From a virus: a DNA stretch of 64,000 bases. Location of the stretch: the IMG/VR virus record IMGVR_UViG_3300042474_001185, positions 15,838 through 79,837 of that record. The stretch is one strand, 5' to 3'. This document shows, in pieces, positions 39,544-49,148 of the stretch; position 1 is the first letter of the stretch, and the number at the start of each line of letters is the position of its first letter. A model generated the notes under the pieces. That model ran no database searches and was not told where the DNA came from. It was given only the letters and a program-made list of their open reading frames with translations. A program made the position numbers and the translations under genes.

Positions 39544-39965
39544 TACTAATATCGCATAGAGGAAACATAGATGGTAAAATACCTGAATACGAAAACAATC
39601 CAAATTATATACAAGCTGCATTAGAGTTAGGTTACGATGTAGAAGTTGATGTATGGTTTGTTGATGGTAAGTTTATGTTAGGACATGATGAACCGCAATA
39701 CGAAACTGATTATAAGTTTTTGATGAACGAAAAGTTATGGTGTCATGCTAAACACTTGGATGCATTGTTTGAAATGAAAAAATATGCAATTCATTACTTT
39801 TGGCATGAAACTGATACCGTAGCACTTACATCTAAAAATTATGTTTGGGCATATCCTGGTAAGCAACCAATCAAAGGAAGTATAGCTTGTATGCCTGAAT
39901 TGGAAAATGATAATGTACTACTTTGTAAAGGTATTTGTTCTGATTATATAAAAAGGTATAGGTAA
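39540..39965 (+). CDS. small PLC/GDPD-like phosphodiesterase
   Basis: ISHRGN, EN, DVEVDVW, LGHD, WCHAK. Confidence 0.7.
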   Translation: MILISHRGNIDGKIPEYENNPNYIQAALELGYDVEVDVWFVDGKFMLGHDEPQYETDYKFLMNEKLWCHAKHLDALFEMKKYAIHYFWHETDTVALTSKNYVWAYPGKQPIKGSIACMPELENDNVLLCKGICSDYIKRYR

Positions 39966-40367
39966 ATGAATATATATCCTCCAGCTAAAGTTTATATAGC
40001 AAAAAGTAGTGTTCATGGCTGGGGTGTTTTTGCCAAAGAAATAATCTATGAAGGGGAGGTAATAGAAGAAACCCCGTTATTAGACCTAAAGATTGAGAAA
40101 GGGTCACCATCATCGGTTTTATTAGATTATAGATTCAATTGGCCGCAAGGAAGTGGTAACAATTGGGAAAAACAAGTTATACCTTGGGGATATGGTTGTT
40201 TATATAATCATTCCAACGAAGCTAATGCATATTGGCGCTCAAATTTGGAAAATGAAACTTTTGAATTTGTAGCAAATAGAGATATAGAAATTGATGACGA
40301 AATATTTACCTATTATGGTGGTGTTGAGTATTGGGAAGATGGTAGAACTAAAACAAATGTAGTATAA
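39966..40367 (+). CDS. SET-domain protein (putative lysine methyltransferase)
   Basis: HGWGVFA, YNHS..AN, RDIEIDDEIFTYYG. Confidence 0.88.
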   Translation: MNIYPPAKVYIAKSSVHGWGVFAKEIIYEGEVIEETPLLDLKIEKGSPSSVLLDYRFNWPQGSGNNWEKQVIPWGYGCLYNHSNEANAYWRSNLENETFEFVANRDIEIDDEIFTYYGGVEYWEDGRTKTNVV

Positions 40368-41179
40368 TGAAAATAGCACTTTGTTTTTCTGGATTTATTA
40401 GAGATTTAGATGAAACTAAAAACTTTTGGACAGAACTTATAGAAAAACATAAGATAGATGTGTATGCCTCTTTTTGGGATACTGAAAAACCTGAATTGAA
40501 TGATACTATAAACAATTTCTTAACAATATATACTCCTAAAAAATATGAAGTTGAGAATTATAAAATATTCAAAGAAACAACGCAAGATTTTGCTTCAATG
40601 AATATAGCATCTCCACAAAACTTACTTCCACATTTACAAGATACCTCAAAAGCATTTGGGCAACTATCAATGTATTATAAAGTTTGGAAATGTAATATGC
40701 TTACTAAGCAATTGGGTATAGAGTATGATTTAGTTATAAGAGCTAGAACCGATGTTATTTTAGATGAGCATTTTGAAATAGTTGAAAATGATATGTTAAA
40801 TATACCAATGGGATGGATGAGTTGTTTTTCATATCCGCACTCCGATGGTATAAATGATTGCTTTGCATACGGAAGACCAAAGATAATGGATTATTATAGT
40901 TTTATATATCTTAGAATGATGGAATATCTAAATGTAGGACATTATGTATTCCCACCAGAACATTTCTTAGCTGTACATTTTAGTAAGATTCATATTCAAA
41001 TGAGATACTTTCCAAACTATATGATAATAACAAGAATATCAAAAGGTACACCACATGATGTTTACAATTCTTTTATAACAAAACCATACGAAGATATAAG
41101 ATGGAGTGATTGGAATGATTTTATTCCGGATGAAAGGTGGACATTTAAGAAATCAATAAAAGATGATTTTATCGTTTAA
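40367..41179 (+). CDS. glycan-cluster-associated protein, putative glycosyltransferase
   Basis: MKIALCFSG.IR, YDLVIRARTD, NDCFAYG. Confidence 0.55.
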   Translation: MKIALCFSGFIRDLDETKNFWTELIEKHKIDVYASFWDTEKPELNDTINNFLTIYTPKKYEVENYKIFKETTQDFASMNIASPQNLLPHLQDTSKAFGQLSMYYKVWKCNMLTKQLGIEYDLVIRARTDVILDEHFEIVENDMLNIPMGWMSCFSYPHSDGINDCFAYGRPKIMDYYSFIYLRMMEYLNVGHYVFPPEHFLAVHFSKIHIQMRYFPNYMIITRISKGTPHDVYNSFITKPYEDIRWSDWNDFIPDERWTFKKSIKDDFIV

Positions 41180-41215
41180 ATGTATAATGTTATATTTAAT
41201 AAAAAATAAAGCATT

Positions 41216-41383
41216 ATGAATGTAGAAAACAAAATCAAAGACATTATAGATATGTTAGAAGATGCTATCTCATTTGAAGATTGGAATAGAGTTGAGGAAG
41301 CACAAAAAGAACTAACATTTATATATGAAGAAATGCAATCATCATTTCCTCTAGATGAGTGGGATGAGAATGATATAGATTAA
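41216..41383 (+). CDS. 55-aa acidic protein (not in ORF track)
   Basis: MNVENKIKDIIDMLEDAISFEDWNRVEEAQKEL...; fills the intergenic gap. Confidence 0.6.
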   Translation: MNVENKIKDIIDMLEDAISFEDWNRVEEAQKELTFIYEEMQSSFPLDEWDENDID

Positions 41384-41390
41384 TAAAAAT

Positions 41391-42110
41391 ATGGTAAAAA
41401 AAATACTGGTTACGGGATTCCCCCATAGTGGGACTACTATACTTCGTGCTAAAATTGGAGAATGTAAAAACATATATGAGGCTCAATATGAATGTGTAGA
41501 CCCACCAAACTTCTACCCAGCTATGCCATATGATTTTTATGTATGGAAGCATCCTTTTTTGGATACGCCATTTAGAAATCATACGTTTGCAATAAAGCCT
41601 GACAGTAAATACGTTGATACAATTGTTATTCCAATTATTAGAAATCCTTGGAATATATTTTCATCCTTACATAAGAGAGGTACACAAAGTGGAGAATTTT
41701 CAATATATGATAGTAGACAGGGACATTCTTTACCTTGGTATGAAAATACATGCGAAGTTATATTTGATGCATTTCAAAAAAATTATAAAGATGTATATCC
41801 AATAAAATACGAAGAAATGTTTGATAATAATTTTGAAAAGCTTAGAAATATTTTTGATAGTATTGGATTGGAATATGATGATGATATATTTGAAAAAAGA
41901 ACCAAAGAATTTAGTCATGGTGATGCTATGTATGTAGAAGATTATGATAAAAACGGAAAGTATGATGGTGGTTTGAGAGCTTGGCAAATAAACCAACCTT
42001 TTAAAAATATGAATGGAGATATTAATTTACCCGATGATTTTTCTCAAATGTTAGCAAATTCACCAAGCATTCAAAAATTAGGGTATTCGGACCCTCGTAT
42101 AACTGATTGA
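41391..42110 (+). CDS. PAPS-dependent sulfotransferase-like
   Basis: 5'-PSB loop TGFPHSGTTIL, 3'-PB IRNPW...SS, IKYEE. Confidence 0.75.
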   Translation: MVKKILVTGFPHSGTTILRAKIGECKNIYEAQYECVDPPNFYPAMPYDFYVWKHPFLDTPFRNHTFAIKPDSKYVDTIVIPIIRNPWNIFSSLHKRGTQSGEFSIYDSRQGHSLPWYENTCEVIFDAFQKNYKDVYPIKYEEMFDNNFEKLRNIFDSIGLEYDDDIFEKRTKEFSHGDAMYVEDYDKNGKYDGGLRAWQINQPFKNMNGDINLPDDFSQMLANSPSIQKLGYSDPRITD

Positions 42111-42174
42111 TTTTCAATAGGTTAGACATATAATAAAAAAATATATCTGTAAAGCGTTGATTCTCAAGAAACAA
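42100..42174. promoter_or_regulatory. two copies of a 25-bp palindromic operator-like element
   Basis: TAACTGATTGATTTTCAATAGGTTA (42100-42124) and a degenerate copy at 42150-42174. Confidence 0.6.
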
Positions 42175-42188
42175 TTTTTGGGATAAAA

Positions 42189-42220
42189 TTTGGTAGTCTC
42201 AAATAATTGTTGTATATTTA
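42189..42220 (+). promoter_or_regulatory. Bacteroidota-type promoter
   Basis: TTTG-N20-TATATTTA. Confidence 0.8.
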
Positions 42221-42250
42221 CATATAATTAATTCACAAAAACCCCTTTAT

Positions 42251-44476
42251 ATGAGTTGGTACAACGATTTCAAAACAGGTACAAAGGATTATCTAACAAA
42301 AGGTAATTCAAAACAATCAAAGACTTATAGTAAGTATGGTAGCTCCTCTTGGTGGATGAGTGATTGGGATGACACAGGTTATTCTAATTCGTTCACTACT
42401 ACACAAGTTAAATCAAAGAACTTGTATAAGATGGCAGCTCATCGTAGAGCAATCGCTAACTTCGTAAGTATTGTAACAGGTAAAGCTATACCTGTAAAAT
42501 TTAACACCAAAGGTAATTCATACACCGATGGTACTACAGTAGTAATTTCATCCAAAGTAGCAGAACCAAATGAGTTTGACCCGGCAGTAGGGTTGGCATT
42601 GCATGAAGGTTCACACATTAAGTTATCCAATTTTAAGTTATTGGCTGATATGTACCAATCTATTCAAAAAGTAGTTGGACCGGCTAAATTAAAAGAATGG
42701 CAGGAAACCGCTAAAAAGAAAAACATTGATGATATTATCTATACCATTAAGGATATTCTTAACTGGGTAGAGGATAGACGTATTGACCAATTCATATTTG
42801 ATGGTGCACCGGGTTATAGAGATTACTATCGTTCAATGTATGATAAGTACTTTAATGACCCTGCTATTGATAAGGGTATGCAATCCGATGAATTCAAAAC
42901 GGAAACAATGGATGCTTATATGTTCCGTTTGATTAACTTACATTCTAAGTTCAGTAAAGCAAACGCACTTAAAGGTTTGAGTGAGATTACAAAGATAGCT
43001 AAGTTATCAGATATCAATCGTTTAAAAACTACGGATGATGCCTTAGTAGTTGCTTGTGATATCTTTGAGGTTATTCTTAACAACATAGATGCCGAAGAAC
43101 AAAAAGCTGAGAACAAAGCTAATGGTAAGAAACAAAAAGGTAATGGTAACGGACAAGGACAAGCTCAGCAAGCAGGTGAGGGCGAAGAAGAAGCTGGTGA
43201 AGATGATATTGAAGTAGAGATGGGTGATGGTGGTAGTGAAGGTATGGGTGATGATGGTGAAGATTTTGATGAGGCTGGTGATAATGGACCTGCTGAACCC
43301 GGTAAAGGTGTGGTAGGTAAGATTAAAGCAGTATTAGGTGGTAAGGGTAAAGGTAAACCTGCCGATGGTAAGTTATCCCAAAGGCAAATGGATATCCTTA
43401 AAAAGAAAATTGAAAAGCAAAAAGAATTCCTAAGAGGTGAAGTTAAGAAAGGTAGTGTAAGTAGTAGTGAAAATAAATCATTAGATACCATTGACCAATC
43501 TGGTACTGAATTAAAGAAGGTAGGTGAGGAATTGGCAAATGGTAAGGTAGTAACGAAAGGTATTGATTGTATTGTTGTTAAGAAGATGACACAAACCTTA
43601 TTAGAATCGCATGATTTCCCATTATCATCTTTACGATACAACGCCAAAGAAGGTGAGCATCAGTGTCAATCACAATGTGCTAGTGAGGTAGCTGAAGGCA
43701 TTCGTATTGGTACGGTATTGGGTAAGAAGTTGCAAGTTCGTAGTGAGAGTAGAGAAACAATCTTCAATCGCCAATTGGTTGGTAGAATGGATAAGAGAAT
43801 GATTTCATCTTTGGGTTTTGGAAATGAGCATGTGTTCTATACAAAAGAGATTGATGCATATAAGAAAGCTAACTTACATATTTCAGTAGATGCCTCTGGT
43901 TCTATGAGTGGTACGAAATGGAGAAAGACTATGACTAACGTTGTAGCATTGGCTAAGGCAGTTAGTATGATTCCTAATTTAGAAATTCAAATTAGTTTCC
44001 GTACTACGTCTGGTGAGTTACCTTATATCGTAGTTGCTTATGATAGTAGAGTTGATAAGTTTATCAAAGTAAAAACTTTGTTCCAATACTTACAGCCGGG
44101 TGGTACAACGCCGGAAGGATTGGCATTTGAAGGTGTGATGAAACAAATGGTGGGTAGTACTACTGATGTTGATAGTTACTTCTTAAATATATCCGATGGT
44201 GAACCTTACTTTCACGGTAAAGGTTACAACTATCACGGTTATTACGCTAGTAAGCATACCCGTAAGATGGTAGATAAGATTGAGGCTATGGGTATCAAAG
44301 TAATGAGTTACTTTGTTAGTGATTATAGTGGTGATATGGATTCTACATCTGGTAGTGGTAAAGTATTCAAAGATTGTTATGGTAAAGCAGCTCATTATAT
44401 CAATGTAACAAATGTAAACGAAGTAGTTCGCACAATGAATAAATTGTTTATGAATAAGCCCGCTGGTATTGAATAA
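42251..44476 (+). CDS. VWA-domain protein (CobT-like architecture) with N-terminal HExxH domain
   Basis: ALHEGSHI, NWVEDRRI, acidic Gly-rich linker, MIDAS VDASGSM...GGTTPE...ISDGEP. Confidence 0.85.
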   Translation: MSWYNDFKTGTKDYLTKGNSKQSKTYSKYGSSSWWMSDWDDTGYSNSFTTTQVKSKNLYKMAAHRRAIANFVSIVTGKAIPVKFNTKGNSYTDGTTVVISSKVAEPNEFDPAVGLALHEGSHIKLSNFKLLADMYQSIQKVVGPAKLKEWQETAKKKNIDDIIYTIKDILNWVEDRRIDQFIFDGAPGYRDYYRSMYDKYFNDPAIDKGMQSDEFKTETMDAYMFRLINLHSKFSKANALKGLSEITKIAKLSDINRLKTTDDALVVACDIFEVILNNIDAEEQKAENKANGKKQKGNGNGQGQAQQAGEGEEEAGEDDIEVEMGDGGSEGMGDDGEDFDEAGDNGPAEPGKGVVGKIKAVLGGKGKGKPADGKLSQRQMDILKKKIEKQKEFLRGEVKKGSVSSSENKSLDTIDQSGTELKKVGEELANGKVVTKGIDCIVVKKMTQTLLESHDFPLSSLRYNAKEGEHQCQSQCASEVAEGIRIGTVLGKKLQVRSESRETIFNRQLVGRMDKRMISSLGFGNEHVFYTKEIDAYKKANLHISVDASGSMSGTKWRKTMTNVVALAKAVSMIPNLEIQISFRTTSGELPYIVVAYDSRVDKFIKVKTLFQYLQPGGTTPEGLAFEGVMKQMVGSTTDVDSYFLNISDGEPYFHGKGYNYHGYYASKHTRKMVDKIEAMGIKVMSYFVSDYSGDMDSTSGSGKVFKDCYGKAAHYINVTNVNEVVRTMNKLFMNKPAGIE

Positions 44477-44480
44477 TTCA

Positions 44481-44557
44481 TAACTTGTTGAGAATCAATG
44501 GATTATAACTGGTTGAAAATCAATCACTTATGTAACTCATTGATTCTCAATAAACAA
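44481..44557. repeat. three tandem 25-bp palindromic operator-like elements
   Basis: TAAC-nn-(A/G)TTGA-nnn-TCAAT units at 44481, 44506 and 44533. Confidence 0.75.
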
Positions 44558-44580
44558 TCTTTTTAAGTAAGCAAAATAAA

Positions 44581-44612
44581 TTAGGTAATCTCAGGAAAGT
44601 TTCGTATCTTTA
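44581..44612 (+). promoter_or_regulatory. Bacteroidota-type promoter
   Basis: TTAG-N20-TATCTTTA (one mismatch in the -33 box). Confidence 0.7.
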
Positions 44613-44656
44613 CGAAGTAAAGTTGATAAATTATATAAACATTAAATAACCCCGTT

Positions 44657-45862
44657 ATGGTAAAGTCTAAAAAAGACAAAGTAAGTAACCAAATTTACAA
44701 AGTTGTAAAAGTTGGTACACATTTTAAGTTGGCAAATACAGCCGGTACAATTGTAGGTACGAATGGTATAAACACAGGTACTCGTAAGAAAGCTTATGAG
44801 ACTAAGAAAGCTCTTAGAGAGGTAGTAGGTAAAGGTGGAAAAATTTCATATCGTTTAGTTGATATGAAAGAATATTCGGATTTAGTTGCTCCATTAAAGA
44901 GTAACGCTGAAGTGAATAACGAAGTGAGTAGTGCGCATGAAGATATCAAAAACTTCATACACAATGATTCAGTAGCATTAAAGCCTGAATCAATCGTAAT
45001 GACTGACCTTAAGTGGAAGTACTTAATTCGTTCAGCAGTTAGAGCAAAAAATATTATGATGACTGGACCTGCTGGTTGTGGTAAAACAATGGCAGCTAAA
45101 GCATTAACTAAAGGTTTAAATCGTCCTGATTTCTACTTTAACTTAGGTGCTACGCAGGATGCTAGAGCAACCTTAATTGGTAACACACACTTTGATAGTA
45201 AGAAGGGTACATTCTTTAGTGAATCTGCTTTCGTAAAAGCTATCAGTACTAAAAACGCTGTTATCTTATTGGATGAGTTGAGTAGAGCACATCCGGACGC
45301 TTGGAATATCTTAATGACAGTATTGGACCAGGGCCAAAGGTACTTAAGATTGGATGAGGCTGTTAATTCTCCAATTGTGAATGTGGCTGAAGGTGTAACC
45401 TTTATCGCTACCGCTAATATCGGGGGTGAATACACGTCAACACGTGTTATTGATAGAGCAATTATGGACCGTTTCACTACAATTGAAATGGATGTGTTGA
45501 ATGATGAGCAAGAATTTGGATTATTGAAATATATGTACCCAGCGGTGAATGAAGAAGATTTGAAAGCAGTAGCTGAAATCGCTCATCACACTCGTGAGGT
45601 AAGTAAGGGTGGTGATGGTAAGTTGAGTACAATGGTATCAACTCGTGCTAGTGTTGAAGTAGCTGGGTTGTTGTATGATGGATTCAATTTGTTTGAAGCA
45701 GCTGAGATTGGTATTTTCCCATTCTTTAGTAACGATGGTGGAGCAGATAGTGAAAGAACTTATGTGAAGCAATTAGTTCAGAAGTATGTGAAGGACGAGA
45801 AGGCTGATGAGAAATTATTCACCGAACCAACCGAAGAAGATAGTGAAACTATTGTTTGGTAG
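44657..45862 (+). CDS. MoxR/CbbQ/CobS-type AAA+ ATPase
   Basis: GPAGCGKT, ILLDELSR, FIATAN, DRAIMDRF, STR. Confidence 0.9.
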   Translation: MVKSKKDKVSNQIYKVVKVGTHFKLANTAGTIVGTNGINTGTRKKAYETKKALREVVGKGGKISYRLVDMKEYSDLVAPLKSNAEVNNEVSSAHEDIKNFIHNDSVALKPESIVMTDLKWKYLIRSAVRAKNIMMTGPAGCGKTMAAKALTKGLNRPDFYFNLGATQDARATLIGNTHFDSKKGTFFSESAFVKAISTKNAVILLDELSRAHPDAWNILMTVLDQGQRYLRLDEAVNSPIVNVAEGVTFIATANIGGEYTSTRVIDRAIMDRFTTIEMDVLNDEQEFGLLKYMYPAVNEEDLKAVAEIAHHTREVSKGGDGKLSTMVSTRASVEVAGLLYDGFNLFEAAEIGIFPFFSNDGGADSERTYVKQLVQKYVKDEKADEKLFTEPTEEDSETIVW

Positions 45863-45890
45863 TGTTAAGGGGTTAGCCTCCAAACATAAC

Positions 45891-45918
45891 GGGAGGGCTT
45901 CGGTCCTCCCATTTTTTT
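45891..45918 (+). terminator. intrinsic terminator
   Basis: GGGAGGGC-TTCG-GTCCTCCC followed by ATTTTTTT. Confidence 0.92.
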
Positions 45919-45938
45919 AACCCTATAAAATTTAAATT

Positions 45939-46115
45939 ATGAAAGAAAATTATTTTAATTATTGGTATAAAAAATTCATCAAAGATGGATTGAAGGCATG
46001 TAAAACAATTGTTGGATTAGGTATCGCAGTAGGATTATGGTATTCGGTTAATTTACCAATTGGTATTATGTTCTTTGGTTGGGTATTGATAGAAGCATTA
46101 ATAGATAGAAATTAA
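45939..46115 (+). CDS. 58-aa membrane protein (not in ORF track)
   Basis: MKENYFNYWYKKFIKDGLKACKTIVGLGIAVGLWYSVNLPIGIMFFGWVLIEALIDRN. Confidence 0.6.
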   Translation: MKENYFNYWYKKFIKDGLKACKTIVGLGIAVGLWYSVNLPIGIMFFGWVLIEALIDRN

Positions 46116-46126
46116 AAAAAACAAAA

Positions 46127-46300
46127 ATGAAAAAATTTAGTGTAAGCGAAATGCTTATTTTGGTGGTATGTGTAGTGTGTATATTCGTAAGTGAATACAT
46201 CTACTTAGTTCAAGACAATATATTAAAAGCAATCTTTATAGGTTTATGGCCACCAACCATATTGGGATTGTTAAACTTTATTAATATCAAAAGAAAGTAA
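46127..46300 (+). CDS. 57-aa membrane protein (not in ORF track)
   Basis: MKKFSVSEMLILVVCVVCIFVSEY...AIFIGLWPPTILGLLNFINIKRK, two hydrophobic helices. Confidence 0.65.
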   Translation: MKKFSVSEMLILVVCVVCIFVSEYIYLVQDNILKAIFIGLWPPTILGLLNFINIKRK

Positions 46301-46301
46301 A

Positions 46302-46679
46302 ATGGAAAATTTAGATATAATAATTCTTACATCTATTGTTTCAACATTATTCATTGTATTTGGTATTGTTATGTATAAGGAATTCAAAAATGCATCTGAC
46401 CAAAGTGATGATTTGTATGATAACGGCCCTAGAGCAAATATGATTAGGTTCATTGGTTCTATGTTTGATAGTGAATCAACACGTAAGATGACAAAGAAAG
46501 AAAAGGTAGCGGTATATAACGCAGTTAAACGAACTATATCGGATATGGAAAGTGATGGTGTATATTTTCCTGAAGATGTTAAACAGGAGCTTGAAAAGAA
46601 AAGAGAAGAATTACATTGTGAATATAGTGGGCTACCATCAGTAAAAGCATATGAATCAGTTAATAATATTATTAAATAA
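46302..46679 (+). CDS. hypothetical protein with N-terminal TM helix
   Basis: IIILTSIVSTLFIVFGIVMY. Confidence 0.7.
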   Translation: MENLDIIILTSIVSTLFIVFGIVMYKEFKNASDQSDDLYDNGPRANMIRFIGSMFDSESTRKMTKKEKVAVYNAVKRTISDMESDGVYFPEDVKQELEKKREELHCEYSGLPSVKAYESVNNIIK

Positions 46680-46684
46680 ATTAT

Positions 46685-47311
46685 ATGTTAAGTAAAGCAA
46701 ACGGAAACGAAGTAATAGATAAGTTTGAAAAGAGTAAACGATTGGATTCGGCAGCTAAATACTATGGCCTGTTTTTAGAATCATTGGGATTTGATTACGA
46801 ATCTGACCCTCAAACAATAGATACCCCTAAGAGAGTAGCTAAGGCTTGGTTGGATGATTTGATTAAAGGTAGTATAACAAAGGAACCTGATATCACTGTG
46901 TTCCCAAATGAGGAGCATTACAATGGTGTGGTTATTCAGACGGGTATCAAAGTTAATTCAATGTGTGCTCATCATAACTTACCTTTCTATGGATATGCAG
47001 CTGTTGCTTACATACCTAAAGAAAATGTAATTGGATTGAGTAAGTTGAATAGAATTGTAGAATGGTTTAGTAGGAGACCTCAAATGCAGGAATCCCTAAC
47101 GGCTCAAATACATAAATTCGTTAGTGATAAATTGCAGTGTGATGATGTGGCTGTATCAATTAGTGGACATCACCTTTGTTGTGGTATGAGGGGAGTACAA
47201 CATCCCGATAGTGTAATGACCACCAACAAATTTAGTGGGGCATTTGTGGAGAAAGATAACTTAGTAAGACAGGAATTTCTACATGCAATTAAAATGAATA
47301 ATTTAAAATAA
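46685..47311 (+). CDS. folE: GTP cyclohydrolase I
   Basis: DTPKRVAK, SMCAHHNLPF, GLSKLNR, RRPQMQE, HLCCGMRGV. Confidence 0.95.
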   Translation: MLSKANGNEVIDKFEKSKRLDSAAKYYGLFLESLGFDYESDPQTIDTPKRVAKAWLDDLIKGSITKEPDITVFPNEEHYNGVVIQTGIKVNSMCAHHNLPFYGYAAVAYIPKENVIGLSKLNRIVEWFSRRPQMQESLTAQIHKFVSDKLQCDDVAVSISGHHLCCGMRGVQHPDSVMTTNKFSGAFVEKDNLVRQEFLHAIKMNNLK

Positions 47312-47316
47312 ACGTT

Positions 47317-47478
47317 ATGAGTAATCAAACAAACAATTGGATGGAGAAATTAGCAAAGAGCTATAAGTTACCAACCGAACAACCGATAGTAAATAAAGAG
47401 AAAGTATCACTCCTAAAAGAATCTCAATTGAAGATTATAATGGGGAGGGATAAAAAAGATTTGGTAAATAAGAAATAA
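47317..47478 (+). CDS. 53-aa hypothetical protein (not in ORF track)
   Basis: open frame MSNQTNNWMEKLAKSY... filling the gap. Confidence 0.45.
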   Translation: MSNQTNNWMEKLAKSYKLPTEQPIVNKEKVSLLKESQLKIIMGRDKKDLVNKK

Positions 47479-47491
47479 TTTCGTATATTTG
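47460..47491 (+). promoter_or_regulatory. Bacteroidota-type promoter
   Basis: TTTG-N20-TATATTTG. Confidence 0.82.
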
Positions 47492-47508
47492 TATAAATAA
47501 AATTAGTT

Positions 47509-47772
47509 ATGAAAACATTTAAAGACTTAGAATTCATTGAACATCCTAGTCATATGGGAGGTGTTCAATCTCGTATCCAATTTGATAATGGATATGGTGC
47601 TAGTGTAGTTAAAACTCCTTATACCTATGGAGGTGATAAAGGTTTGTATGAATTAGCAGTATTAGATAGTGAAGGGCATTTAACATACGCTACTTCGGTT
47701 ACGAATGATGTGATTGGATATTTAAGACCGGAAGATGTAACTGATGTATTGGCTAAAATTCAACAACTATAA
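47509..47772 (+). CDS. phage-type hypothetical protein
   Basis: FDNGYGASVV...YGG..GLYELAVL motif. Confidence 0.75.
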   Translation: MKTFKDLEFIEHPSHMGGVQSRIQFDNGYGASVVKTPYTYGGDKGLYELAVLDSEGHLTYATSVTNDVIGYLRPEDVTDVLAKIQQL

Positions 47773-47773
47773 T

Positions 47774-48163
47774 ATGATAGCTAATATACTAAGAGGTACA
47801 AAGAGAAATCCATATTCAGCATCCAAAGTAAGAAAGATGCGTAGTGATAGATTACTTACTAAGGCTAAGAAGGATGGAGTTAGTAATGACCAAGTCCAAT
47901 TTTATTTAGGTAAGTTACAGGCTGCGGGACATATGAGACTAAATAATATGAGTAATTTTGATGTTCAGATTGAAGCCGGAGTAAACCCTGGCCAAGCACT
48001 AAAAGAAACTAGAATAACATTCGCTACTTTTATAGAGAAGGGAATGGGTGAAAAACCGCATATGACTGGTTATTTGACATCGGCTAGTGATAATGATAAA
48101 CAATATAAATTAAAGGGTTGGTTTAATGAGGATGGAACATTCCGAATTGAACTTGTAAACTAA
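47774..48163 (+). CDS. hypothetical protein
   Basis: ORF; ATG 47774 preferred over 47744. Confidence 0.6.
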   Translation: MIANILRGTKRNPYSASKVRKMRSDRLLTKAKKDGVSNDQVQFYLGKLQAAGHMRLNNMSNFDVQIEAGVNPGQALKETRITFATFIEKGMGEKPHMTGYLTSASDNDKQYKLKGWFNEDGTFRIELVN

Positions 48164-48168
48164 TAGCA

Positions 48169-48660
48169 ATGGGATATAATAAATTCAGATGGTGGACTAA
48201 GGGTAGACCTAATAACCCACTTAAAGCTGACGCTCCGTTATTATTGAAAATCCGAAATGGTGACTTTGATTATTCGTATATGTTTAATGAGGCTATTGGT
48301 ATGAGAGAAACGGCTAAACAGGCATACGAACAAACATACAAAAACTATGGTGGCACGGATGAAAAGAATCGGCAAGAAGCGGCATTAGAAGCTGGTAGGA
48401 TGAAAAGGGTTAAGGCTATTAAATTGGAGTTAGAAGCAAACAGGGAAGAGCAAATGACCCTATGGAAACTACAAATGGAACTAAAGAAAGAGTTTGGTAA
48501 GGACTTGTGGGAGAAAGCTATGGAGAGACAAAGAGGTAAGGGTACATTGGAGGACTTGTATATGTGGTATAAGAAACAAGTTAAGCAAGGTACTACCAAA
48601 TCGGAAACTGATATTCAATTAAAAAGAACGAATACTTTAGGACTGGAATATTTATTCTAA
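48169..48660 (+). CDS. hypothetical protein
   Basis: 163 aa helical ORF. Confidence 0.7.
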   Translation: MGYNKFRWWTKGRPNNPLKADAPLLLKIRNGDFDYSYMFNEAIGMRETAKQAYEQTYKNYGGTDEKNRQEAALEAGRMKRVKAIKLELEANREEQMTLWKLQMELKKEFGKDLWEKAMERQRGKGTLEDLYMWYKKQVKQGTTKSETDIQLKRTNTLGLEYLF

Positions 48661-48669
48661 ACATAGAAC

Positions 48670-48864
48670 ATGGAAAATTTAATAAAATTAGAATCTATTA
48701 ATGTATGGGCGGGTCCTTTGGGTGTAATGCCTTCGGATGAAAACAACCTACCAATAATGGAGGAAAGTAGAAGCTGGGGAAGTTTAGAAGCTGAATGGTT
48801 TCAAAACTTATCCGTAGAAGATAAAGAATTAGTAAACGAAATTATAAACAAAAAAAATAACTAA
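48670..48864 (+). CDS. hypothetical protein
   Basis: 64 aa ORF in tight gene packing. Confidence 0.6.
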   Translation: MENLIKLESINVWAGPLGVMPSDENNLPIMEESRSWGSLEAEWFQNLSVEDKELVNEIINKKNN

Positions 48865-48869
48865 TAGTT

Positions 48870-49148
48870 ATGGAAATCGTAAAGAGCAGATTTGGAGTAG
48901 ACCGTTCAATTGAAAGAATCAATTTGAACAAAGTAAGAGTATTAGGTGAATCACAATTCATCCGTAAATCAACTAACAAACAAGGTGATATCACTATGTT
49001 TGATTTTGAAGGAGGTCCTTGTTATTCATTGGGCGGTAAATTCTTCTTTGAGAAAATGAATTGGAGAATCAACTACATTGAGCCAATGGAAAGTAGTTAC
49101 AAAGACCTTTATGAGGTGAACCTACACATTGAACCAATTTGGAGATAA
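48870..49148 (+). CDS. hypothetical protein
   Basis: 92 aa ORF, FDFEGGP motif. Confidence 0.65.
   Translation: MEIVKSRFGVDRSIERINLNKVRVLGESQFIRKSTNKQGDITMFDFEGGPCYSLGGKFFFEKMNWRINYIEPMESSYKDLYEVNLHIEPIWR

Noticed and set aside
44481-44557. Mini-CRISPR from three 25-bp palindromes
   Set aside because: Units are abutting (0-2 nt apart) with no spacers and are degenerate; better explained as operators
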